41,280 nt of DNA from Thermoguttaceae bacterium (GTDB taxonomy: Bacteria; Planctomycetota; Planctomycetia; Pirellulales; Thermoguttaceae), in contig JAZUMX010000906.1 of the NCBI GenBank assembly GCA_045603865.1, forward strand, positions 1 to 41,280, written 5' to 3'. A program made the translations under genes and the position numbers. Every line of letters starts with the position of its first letter. Positions within the stretch are counted from its first letter, which is position 1. Positions 16,620 through 24,699 of this stretch are shown here, piece after piece. The notes below the pieces were generated by a model, which had not been told where the DNA came from, did not search any database, and saw only the letters and a list, made by a program, of their open reading frames with translations.

Positions 16620-17798
16620 TTATTCTGAAACTTTTAATTTTTCGTTAATTTCTTTAAGTTTAGTGGAAGAATCTTTAACGCCTTCTTTTGCCGCTATAGC
16701 AAAACAATCTTTGGCGGCCTCCAGGTTATTACTTGAATAATAATAACAACCTGCGGCGTATGAGGCGGTTGGGTCTGTTTGAGCCAATTTCAAAACTCTT
16801 GACAAAGCTTTGCTGTCTGGCGTTATTTTGTCCTGCACGGCTTTTTCGACTAAAGCAATGAAGTATGCGTCCAATGCGCTTTTAGCGCGAACGTCTTTAT
16901 CTTCAATCGCTTCAACTCGCTTTAAAACATCCGGCGTTACAATCGCGCCTTCTTTAGCCGACTGCTCAACTTGATCGAGCGCAGTCTGGTTACAATGATG
17001 ATTGTATATTGGCGTTCCAATACCCCAACCCAAAAGGGCCAAGACAACTGCTGCAACTGAAACATACCGGATTAATCCGTTTTTTGGTTTCGGCTCGTTA
17101 GGTGGTTCCGGTTTCGGGATCGAGGATTTTGGAACGTCTGCGGTAAGCAATACTGCTAACTTATCCCAGCTGGAACTCAAAGAGAAATCGCTTTGAATTC
17201 TTTGAATGCCAAGTTTTGTTAACGAAATTGCCGCGCCTGCTGAGACTTTAGTCGTCAGCAGGTAACGACAAGATTGCAGAAAAGCGCTGCGGCTTTCTTC
17301 GTTATCGCCGCCAAACCATTTCTCGTCAGGCTCTGGCCATGCAGCTTCGTCCGCAGAAGACGGTTCAAGAAGAGCTCTTCCCAATTTGTTTGCTATGCGC
17401 TGTTGTTCAGTTTGGGATTCATGACTCCACTTTTCAGGATCGCCTTCATGAATTTGCGATGACAGCAAATCAATATAGGCGTTTTGCAGCATGACGTCAT
17501 TTTGTCCCAAAGACGGAACAATACGCTGCAAAAGTCCAAACAGCTGCGAACCCTCGTCAACGTTCCCGGTAATCATCCAGGAAAGCCGAATAACGCGGCC
17601 AACATAATCCTTTCTGCCGCTGTCCAAAGCGTTGACGTACAGCGTCCAGTTCCCGTTGCGTTGGAACAGAATCAGTTCTGGATATTCCCCCATGTGGAAA
17701 TCTTCCCATTGTTTCCATGGCTCGCTTTCCACCGGAGGAATCCAACCGATTTGCGGGTAATCCAGTTTATAGTCTTTGGTATAAAAATGGAAATCCAA
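16620..17798 (-). CDS. Hypothetical single-pass membrane protein with an unrecognised N-terminal domain of about 240 aa, a Pro/Lys linker and a helical C-terminal domain carrying a Sel1/TPR-like repeat
   Basis: TM segment LIRYVSVAAVVLALLGWGIGTPIY (about aa 242-264) preceded by PKPEPPNEPKPK. C-terminal ASYAAGCYYYSSNNLEAAKDCFAIAAKEG. TTG start with aaaggga upstream. Confidence 0.75.
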   Translation of the reverse strand: MDFHFYTKDYKLDYPQIGWIPPVESEPWKQWEDFHMGEYPELILFQRNGNWTLYVNALDSGRKDYVGRVIRLSWMITGNVDEGSQLFGLLQRIVPSLGQNDVMLQNAYIDLLSSQIHEGDPEKWSHESQTEQQRIANKLGRALLEPSSADEAAWPEPDEKWFGGDNEESRSAFLQSCRYLLTTKVSAGAAISLTKLGIQRIQSDFSLSSSWDKLAVLLTADVPKSSIPKPEPPNEPKPKNGLIRYVSVAAVVLALLGWGIGTPIYNHHCNQTALDQVEQSAKEGAIVTPDVLKRVEAIEDKDVRAKSALDAYFIALVEKAVQDKITPDSKALSRVLKLAQTDPTASYAAGCYYYSSNNLEAAKDCFAIAAKEGVKDSSTKLKEINEKLKVSE

Positions 17799-17879
17799 TT
17801 ATTATCCCTTTCATCAAAACGTTAGGATTGCGTGATGCAGCACGTTTTATGGATGTTATTTCTTGTCAACATTAGCTGA

Positions 17880-19187
17880 TTATTCTTGATCGTAGTCGGA
17901 ACTATCAACGAATTCAACAATGCAGCTCTTTTTTAACTGACGATTTCTCATCATCTCAAATCCATTTTTAAGATTGTTCACCGCGTTTGATAAAGGCTCG
18001 ACAATTGTTTTTTTCATCTCTTCCAGAGCTTTCTGTCGCTGTACCTGGGGTGACCATTCCGGTTTAGGTTTTTTAAACAGCACGTCTTTAATAAAATCAG
18101 GCCATGTTCGTCCTTCACCGCTCAGATACGCTGCAAGATCCATCTCTTTTTCGTTCGCAATCTGAGCCTGGTAATTCTTGTATTCATTGACCTGAAATCC
18201 AACGATGTCAATGAGCAATTCGTATGCGTTTTTAATCTTGAGGGCGTTGCCCATTTGAGGCCTTTTATTAAATAACGATTCCAACTCGTATGGTTTTTGC
18301 TCTTGATCGTATTTTAATACGACAGAATTCAATTCGACAATGCCATACGTGTCAACGGAAAAGACTTTACAGTTAATCAGCTCATTGATTTTTTCAATGG
18401 CTTTTTTATCAACGGTTTTTTCGTTTTCTTTCTTTTGAATTGAATAAATTTCCTTAAGCTGAGTTTCAAGCTCTTCAAGATACAGTTCGATTACCGCATT
18501 TCGCAGCTCTTTTGATTTGTCCAGAAATCCACCGTTATCATTAAAATACTTTTCGCACTTGATAGGAACAAACACCAATTGAGCGCGCATATTGTTCTCG
18601 ACTTTGTATCTAATCCACTGAACAATATTGCTGACAACGTTATCAATCTGCAGCTTCATATGAGCAAGTGAATTTTTCTCCATTTCGTTTCTTTTCCCAC
18701 GAGTCTCCTGCCAAGTCATTGCAATGTCTGCGGAAATGGGAACCAGCAGCGTAACGCTTTGATTTAAGAACGGAGTAATTTTTTCCTCAAAATCTGTTGT
18801 TCCCAACAAACCTCCGGGATAATCTTTAATGGAGAACTGCACGCTTTTACCATCGGATTCGCCATCGTCATCCCCATCCTTTTTGGTCGGAATAATCAGC
18901 GTGAAGTCATAGTCGGTTGTTGTTTCAGTAGTAGCAAGATCTGGAACGACAAACATGCCGTCTTTTGAATTGTTGGCAACATCAATGCTTGAACGGAACG
19001 TACTCTTGCATCTGTTCATTGCCTGGTTAGTTCCTTCGTCTGTTGGGAGAAACTTAAAACCGTTATTCTGAACGCGCTTGCTGACTTCGTCAAAAATGGC
19101 AAGCAAAAGGGATGTTTTACCTGATCCATTCGGACCAATCATGCCAATCTTGAATTCAATTGGTTTATTTTTTTCTTCAATACTCAT
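17880..19187 (-). CDS. P-loop NTPase, GTPase-like (Walker A GPNGSGKT, DxxG-type DYPGG)
   Basis: GPNGSGKT is encoded at 19113-19136. SVQFSIKDYPGG is encoded at 18810-18824. The C-terminal half is long and helical. The gene starts 45 nt downstream of the 788-aa gene. Confidence 0.85.
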   Translation of the reverse strand: MSIEEKNKPIEFKIGMIGPNGSGKTSLLLAIFDEVSKRVQNNGFKFLPTDEGTNQAMNRCKSTFRSSIDVANNSKDGMFVVPDLATTETTTDYDFTLIIPTKKDGDDDGESDGKSVQFSIKDYPGGLLGTTDFEEKITPFLNQSVTLLVPISADIAMTWQETRGKRNEMEKNSLAHMKLQIDNVVSNIVQWIRYKVENNMRAQLVFVPIKCEKYFNDNGGFLDKSKELRNAVIELYLEELETQLKEIYSIQKKENEKTVDKKAIEKINELINCKVFSVDTYGIVELNSVVLKYDQEQKPYELESLFNKRPQMGNALKIKNAYELLIDIVGFQVNEYKNYQAQIANEKEMDLAAYLSGEGRTWPDFIKDVLFKKPKPEWSPQVQRQKALEEMKKTIVEPLSNAVNNLKNGFEMMRNRQLKKSCIVEFVDSSDYDQE

Positions 19188-19232
19188 TTTTTTACCTTTC
19201 TAAAAACCCTTGTTTCAAGTTTGTCCAATCTG

Positions 19233-21599
19233 TTATTTGAGTTCCTCGGAGATCTTGTCTAGCAACTCGCCGATAGTGCGTTTCCAGCTGTCTTGATTGT
19301 TTTCAATCTCAGCCTTGAATTTATCATAAAATGACAGCAACTCATCGTCGGCGGCTTTATTTCGGGTGGTATTGTCAACAAAACGCTCAACAGCCGCCTG
19401 GACAATGCCTGAAATGGCAAAATGTCTTTTAAGCAATTCCTGTGATTTTGCAATCCACTCGTTAACAATGGTTCTTAAAAAACTCATACAAATGCCAGTG
19501 CGTGCAGTAATACGCTCGTTCTCGCTGTCAAAGTCTTTATAAGAACCTAAATAATGCTGCAATTGTTTTGTCAACTCCTGAACGGCGTCTTCGCCAGTTT
19601 GAAAAATTTCCTTGCGAAGTTCAGGATAAAGAATCGTATAGAATGGCGCAGAGAGTTCTTTAAGATTGGTGAACGTCTGAATCATCAAATTGCCGCGGCC
19701 TTTATCATCATACAATTCTTTAAACTTGTCAATAATGTCGTCAAGATTGCCGTCAGGAGAAAGCAATGCGCCAGTTGATTCTTGAATGCATTGATAAATA
19801 CTTTTTTGCATATCTTGAATAATGGCTTCATGATTGCTGTTCAAAGTCGAATAGTATTCACTAATTACTATTCTCATTAACTGGAGTTCCTCTGCAACCA
19901 AACTGAAAACCTGTTCATTGTTTTTGACTTTCTGACGGAACTCTTTAAATTGTTCTTCATTCTCTTGTGAGTAGCGATCGTTAAAGAACGAATGAAGTTC
20001 ATCGGTCTTTTCGTCTATGGAATTAAAGATGGTTTTCTTGTTTTCCGGATCGTTTGAAAAATCTGTGGATAAATAATGATCTGTCGAATCAGGAATCCTT
20101 TTCTTAAGGTTATCTTTCCAATGAACGGATTTTGAGGAATCTTCTGAAACGCTATATTTATTCTTGTCGGGTTTAATCGACTCACACAACTCGCTGCACT
20201 TTTGTTTAAACTCTTCTTCAAGAGTTTCCAAATCATTTTGTAACGAGCTGAACAGGTTTGCATCAAAACGAGGAAGTTTTTCTGTCATATACGAAAGTAC
20301 TGACGGCAAAAGTTCTGTTTGCATGAAATTCGGATCATATGCATCGCCGCTGAGGACAGTAAGATCATGTCCCTCCTTGGCTTTCCAGGTGTCAATAGAA
20401 TTCTTTGCGATGCCTACGGTTGCGTCATCGATTTCACCGGTATTAAGAAACATGAATGCACAATTGTCCCAGGAATTTGGACCAAAAGTATCGCTGAGAA
20501 TAATATTGACGGCTCTGTCTGAATCGGAAGGATAATTCATATTATTATCTCGAGGCCGACGAATAATCAAAGCAAGGTCAACTGAATAATTGAAACCTTC
20601 AAGAAAACATTTGCGTTCATGCTCATTACAGGTTCCAAGCCCAGGAAGATCGATGAGTCTAAGAGATTCGATTTCGTTATTGGGAAACCGATAGTAAATG
20701 GTTACTTCTTGTACTGCATAGCATAACTGTAATCCACAATAGTTTCCTTTTTCATCACGTTGATAACTAACATATTTGCAGGTTTCAGACGATGGTATTG
20801 TTATTTCTGAACCGTTAAGATAATTAATCAACTCAGGTGTGTTTTTCTGGATTTCCGACAAACAGTTCAGATGAGATTTACGGGTCTCTATGTGAACAAT
20901 ATTTCGTGGATCAATGCCCAAGTTCATCTCTGGGCTAAAATGACTTAATTCGTCATGCATACTCTGCAAATCCAGTTCAAGAAACTCATCTATGGAATAA
21001 CACTTTTTAGTTCCCTGATAAATTGAATCCATAAACGGGTTAATAAGCTTTTCCAGAAATGAATCCCGGGTATGGAATTTGACGACAGTCTTTTGTTCTT
21101 CTTCAGTTTTAACGCAGGCGATTGTACTCTTTCCTGCTGTAACGGCGGGCGATTTGCTTGTCGGAATAATAGAATTGTCGCCCTGATTTAAACCAAGAAT
21201 AGATTTTAGCGCAGTGCTTTTCCCTGAACGCGATTCTCCAGCAACGGCAATGTTGATGGTTTTACGGTTGCAACGTTCTTCCAGCTTTGTCAATTTTTCT
21301 CTGGCTCGCTCACATTTATCCTGAAGTTGGGAAACGGCGCCTGAAAACTGCGGCGAATCAACTTTTTCCAAAAGCGAGTTCAAATTGTCAATAACGCCAT
21401 CTTCTTTTTGAGCGTCCTTATCATCATCGATCGTTTTTTTTGCGCCAATAAGTAAACGCCGGAGTTCGCCAACGTCAGCTTTCAGCTTATTAGCGAGTAC
21501 GGAATAACCGTCCCACTTTTTCTGTTCCGGACCAATCTTTTCCATAATAGCAGAACGCTTCTTAATGATTTCCTGAATCTGGTCGTTAACGTTGGTCAT
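19233..21599 (-). CDS. Dynamin-like large GTPase (putative), with an N-terminal coiled coil and a long helical C-terminal region
   Basis: G1 GESRSGKST (21213-21239). Dynamin-style G3 context LRLIDLPGLG (DLPG at 20640-20651). About 470 aa of helical, charged sequence follow. RBS aaggag upstream. Confidence 0.85.
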   Translation of the reverse strand: MTNVNDQIQEIIKKRSAIMEKIGPEQKKWDGYSVLANKLKADVGELRRLLIGAKKTIDDDKDAQKEDGVIDNLNSLLEKVDSPQFSGAVSQLQDKCERAREKLTKLEERCNRKTINIAVAGESRSGKSTALKSILGLNQGDNSIIPTSKSPAVTAGKSTIACVKTEEEQKTVVKFHTRDSFLEKLINPFMDSIYQGTKKCYSIDEFLELDLQSMHDELSHFSPEMNLGIDPRNIVHIETRKSHLNCLSEIQKNTPELINYLNGSEITIPSSETCKYVSYQRDEKGNYCGLQLCYAVQEVTIYYRFPNNEIESLRLIDLPGLGTCNEHERKCFLEGFNYSVDLALIIRRPRDNNMNYPSDSDRAVNIILSDTFGPNSWDNCAFMFLNTGEIDDATVGIAKNSIDTWKAKEGHDLTVLSGDAYDPNFMQTELLPSVLSYMTEKLPRFDANLFSSLQNDLETLEEEFKQKCSELCESIKPDKNKYSVSEDSSKSVHWKDNLKKRIPDSTDHYLSTDFSNDPENKKTIFNSIDEKTDELHSFFNDRYSQENEEQFKEFRQKVKNNEQVFSLVAEELQLMRIVISEYYSTLNSNHEAIIQDMQKSIYQCIQESTGALLSPDGNLDDIIDKFKELYDDKGRGNLMIQTFTNLKELSAPFYTILYPELRKEIFQTGEDAVQELTKQLQHYLGSYKDFDSENERITARTGICMSFLRTIVNEWIAKSQELLKRHFAISGIVQAAVERFVDNTTRNKAADDELLSFYDKFKAEIENNQDSWKRTIGELLDKISEELK

Positions 21600-22248
21600 G
21601 GGAATACTCCTTAATAGTTAAAGTTGTGATTGTGGTTGGTTCCGGTTGAATACAAGTAAGAAATCCACGTTCTTCATGGATTCCGTTTCTATTAGTAATA
21701 ATAGTAATAGTGTGATAAAAATTAAACTCCAGGTTAAATCAACAAAACCGATTTTGTTTCAATGTCAAAAGTTTTAAATACCTTTGCAAAATATAATCCC
21801 CAATATCATATATGTTGCGAAGGAAAATGACAAATGAGTAAAAGCTGTTTGACGCCTGAATGTAATTTTTATAGCGTCTGTAAATATAAATACGTCGATC
21901 GTTATTAGTGTTTATATTCACAATGAAGCGTTGTTATAAACGTCAAACGATTTACCGTATTTCATTACAGCGTATGTCTTATTTATAGTGATTATACATC
22001 GCCGTTACTAAAAGTCAAGTATTTTTTATATATTTTCTAAAATTTTTCCCAAACAGATATTTATCCCCTCTGAACCTCAAAAGACTATATAATATATAAG
22101 ACTTGGGAGATCTGCTTGCTGACGTTTCGAAGACAACGCAGTCCGCACCGTATCTTCAATCTTTGCCTGTCTGTAAACTTCACGGTTTTGCCATTCTGCC
22201 CGAGTCTCATAGAAATATTATTTGAAAGCCTAAAATTCTTTTGCCCTC

Positions 22249-22276
22249 TTGTTTATTGTTTGATCTGTAGTATAAT
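22249..22276 (+). promoter_or_regulatory. Candidate sigma70-type promoter for the TSCPD operon
   Basis: TTGTTT (22249-22254), a 16-nt spacer, then TATAAT (22271-22276). It lies about 100 nt upstream of the ATG at 22375. Confidence 0.45.
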
Positions 22277-22374
22277 TCAAGATAAGTAAAAATGTTTTTC
22301 GTCCAGACGTTCCGGGAGCGGAAGCTGTGGAAGGAGTTATCGATGGACGCACTCTTTTTAAGGAGACAATAGCA

Positions 22375-22614
22375 ATGAAGTATTATCAAACAAGCGGAAC
22401 CTGTTCAACCGGCATCGAATACGAGGTTGAAAACGGCGTTGTAACGGCTTGCCGATTCATCGGCGGATGCACTGGCAACACGCAGGGCGTTGCAAAGCTT
22501 GTCATCGGTCGCAAGGTCGAAGAAGTTATCGGACTGCTCAAAGGAATTCAATGCAATAACGGAACGTCGTGCCCAGACCAGCTGGCAAGAGCGCTGGAAA
22601 AGGAATTGCAATAA
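22375..22614 (+). CDS. TSCPD-domain small protein (TIGR03905-like)
   Basis: CSTGIEYEVENGVV...RFIGGCTGNTQGV...GTSCPDQLARAL. RBS aaggag upstream of the ATG at 22375. Confidence 0.85.
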   Translation: MKYYQTSGTCSTGIEYEVENGVVTACRFIGGCTGNTQGVAKLVIGRKVEEVIGLLKGIQCNNGTSCPDQLARALEKELQ

Positions 22615-22645
22615 TTAAATGGAACTTTAACAAAGGAGAATAACA

Positions 22646-22924
22646 ATGATCAGAATAAACTGTTTCTATCAAGCCCAGGAAGGACGTCTCGAGGAAGCCC
22701 TCGCCGCCGCCAAAGAACTCGTTGCTGAATCGAACAAACAGGACGGCTGCGTCGCTTACGACGTGTTCAAAAGCGGAACCCGTCCCGACATCCTGTTTTT
22801 CTGTGAAACGTGGCGCGACGAAGCCGCTTTGAAAGCGCACATGGAATCCGAACCGTTTGTCAAGTTCGGCGGAATCATGAACGCCGTCGGCAAGTTCACA
22901 ATTGAACAATTCGAAATGAAATAA
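22646..22924 (+). CDS. Antibiotic-biosynthesis-monooxygenase (ABM/Dabb) domain protein
   Basis: About 92 aa with the pattern ...NKQDGCVAYDVF......FFCETWRDEAALKAHMESEPF. Confidence 0.8.
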   Translation: MIRINCFYQAQEGRLEEALAAAKELVAESNKQDGCVAYDVFKSGTRPDILFFCETWRDEAALKAHMESEPFVKFGGIMNAVGKFTIEQFEMK

Positions 22925-22945
22925 TGCCCAACAAGGAAAATAACC

Positions 22946-23689
22946 ATGAAAGCGCTACCCCTTTTTGCTGCAATTGCTATGACAATATCATTTACAACAG
23001 GATGTTTCGCGTCCGGCGCTTATCAGACGGACGAGTTTACAACAAAGAGCGGTAAGACCGTTACAATTACCGCTATCAAGCATGCCAGCCTGCGAATTCA
23101 GTACGACGGGCTTGAGATTCAGGTTGATCCCGTCGTGAAGCTGGAACCGCAGACGAACTACTCGGCGTTTCCGAAGGCGGACGTCATTCTCATCACGCAT
23201 GAGCATTTCGATCACTTTGATCCCGCCGCGATCGCTGCGCTCAAGAAGAGCGGAACTCAGATTATCGTCAATCCCGCCGTTGAGAAGAAACTCGGTTCCG
23301 GCACGGCGCTCAAGAACGGTGAAAGTCTTACGATTGCCAAAGGCATTACGATTGAAGCCGTTCCCGCCTACAACACATCGCCCGGCCGGACGCAGTTTCA
23401 TCCCAAAGGACGCGACAACGGCTACGTGCTGACCATTGACGGGCTTCGCATCTACATTGCCGGCGACACGGAGGACATCCCTGAAATGGCGAAGCTGAAG
23501 GACATCGACGTCGCTTTCCTGCCCTGCAATCAGCCGTATACGATGACCCCGGAACAGGTCGCGAAAGCGGCAAAGACGATAAAGCCGAAGACGCTCTTCC
23601 CGTACCATTACTCGGAAACGCCCGTCAAGCGAGTCGCCGAACTGCTCAAGGGCGAATCCATCGACGTCCGAATCCGGAATTACAAGTAA
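22946..23689 (+). CDS. MBL-fold metallo-hydrolase lipoprotein (UPF0173-like)
   Basis: Lipobox FTTGC, the HEHFDHFD metal motif and a GDTE block. Confidence 0.85.
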   Translation: MKALPLFAAIAMTISFTTGCFASGAYQTDEFTTKSGKTVTITAIKHASLRIQYDGLEIQVDPVVKLEPQTNYSAFPKADVILITHEHFDHFDPAAIAALKKSGTQIIVNPAVEKKLGSGTALKNGESLTIAKGITIEAVPAYNTSPGRTQFHPKGRDNGYVLTIDGLRIYIAGDTEDIPEMAKLKDIDVAFLPCNQPYTMTPEQVAKAAKTIKPKTLFPYHYSETPVKRVAELLKGESIDVRIRNYK

Positions 23690-23744
23690 CGGAAGAGCAA
23701 GGAGCGTATTTGAGTCTCGATTTAATTATTTTGGAGTCAAACTC

Positions 23745-24434
23745 ATGCGAATAATGGCGATATCGGATCTTCATGGGAATCTTGACAGGCTTGACCCAAA
23801 AGGCGCGGACGTTGTCGTCATAGCGGGCGACATTTCGCCATTGAGTAAACGCGGTCCCTGGCACATCAACGACCAGAAGAAATGGATCAACAAGAAGTTC
23901 AATGCGTGGACTGCGACCTATCCAGACGTTCGGTTTGTCGTTGTTCCGGGCAACCACGATTATTTCGCGATTGCTCAAACGCTGTTTCCAGACGTCGAAA
24001 ACGACTGGAGTTACGAATTCTCCCCAAACGTGAATTTCCTCATTGATTCTGGCGTGGAGATTGACGGCGTGAAGTTTTACGGCTCGCCCTGGGTTCCGAT
24101 TATTTCCCACACGTGGGCGTTTGAAGCCGAGCATGACGAACTGAAAGAATGGTTTTCAAAGATTCCCGCCGGCCTTGACGTACTTGTTACACACGCTCCG
24201 CCCCGCATTCCGGATTGCGACGTCGACTGCTCGCTTCAGACCGATTCGACCCATTTCGGTTCGCACGAGCTTGCAGAAGCGATTTTTCAGAAGCAGCCCC
24301 GTTTCGTTTTCTGCGGACACATCCATTCCGGTCAGCACGGCGGCGTAGATTTTGCGTCCAGTAAAATCTACAACGTCGCCCGGGTTGACGAGAAATACGA
24401 AATTGCATACGAGCCGACTTGGATTGATATTTAA
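23745..24434 (+). CDS. Calcineurin-like metallophosphoesterase
   Basis: ISDLHGN, IAGDI, VPGNHD, VTHAPP, CGHIH. Confidence 0.88.
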   Translation: MRIMAISDLHGNLDRLDPKGADVVVIAGDISPLSKRGPWHINDQKKWINKKFNAWTATYPDVRFVVVPGNHDYFAIAQTLFPDVENDWSYEFSPNVNFLIDSGVEIDGVKFYGSPWVPIISHTWAFEAEHDELKEWFSKIPAGLDVLVTHAPPRIPDCDVDCSLQTDSTHFGSHELAEAIFQKQPRFVFCGHIHSGQHGGVDFASSKIYNVARVDEKYEIAYEPTWIDI

Positions 24435-24507
24435 ACGGCGGACAGCGTAACGGTCGATCGTCCCATTTAGAATATACTGATACAACTTGAGTTTTCCGAA
24501 ATTAAGC

Positions 24508-24614
24508 CTCTAGCTGCTAGCTTCTAGCTATTAGCTTGATAAACCTGATTCATGCGTTATAGCAAGAAGCAGGAATAACCAAGCTAGCAGCTAGGAGCTA
24601 GGAGCTAATAGCTC
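24508..24614. repeat. Imperfect inverted pair of heptamer arrays (TAGCTNN x4 / NNAGCTA x5)
   Basis: tagctgc tagcttc tagctat tagcttg (24511-24538), a 41-nt spacer, then caagcta gcagcta ggagcta ggagcta atagctc (24580-24614). Confidence 0.85.
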
Positions 24615-24699
24615 ATTTTTCGAGAAATTTCAAGTGGAAAATGTATATAAAAGAAACCTGTTTACTTAACCCATTATTTATTGTAACGGAGAACAAACC

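Noticed and set aside
21739-21921. 60-aa ORFs in the AT-rich spacer (also 22207-22389)
   Set aside because: They have extreme Asn/Ile/Tyr/Arg composition and no RBS. Such ORFs are expected by chance in AT-rich non-coding DNA.
14710-22330. The island as a prophage, ICE or transposon
   Set aside because: I could find no integrase, recombinase, capsid, tail or terminase-like genes, no flanking tRNA, and no terminal repeats. Only the compositional break supports foreign origin.
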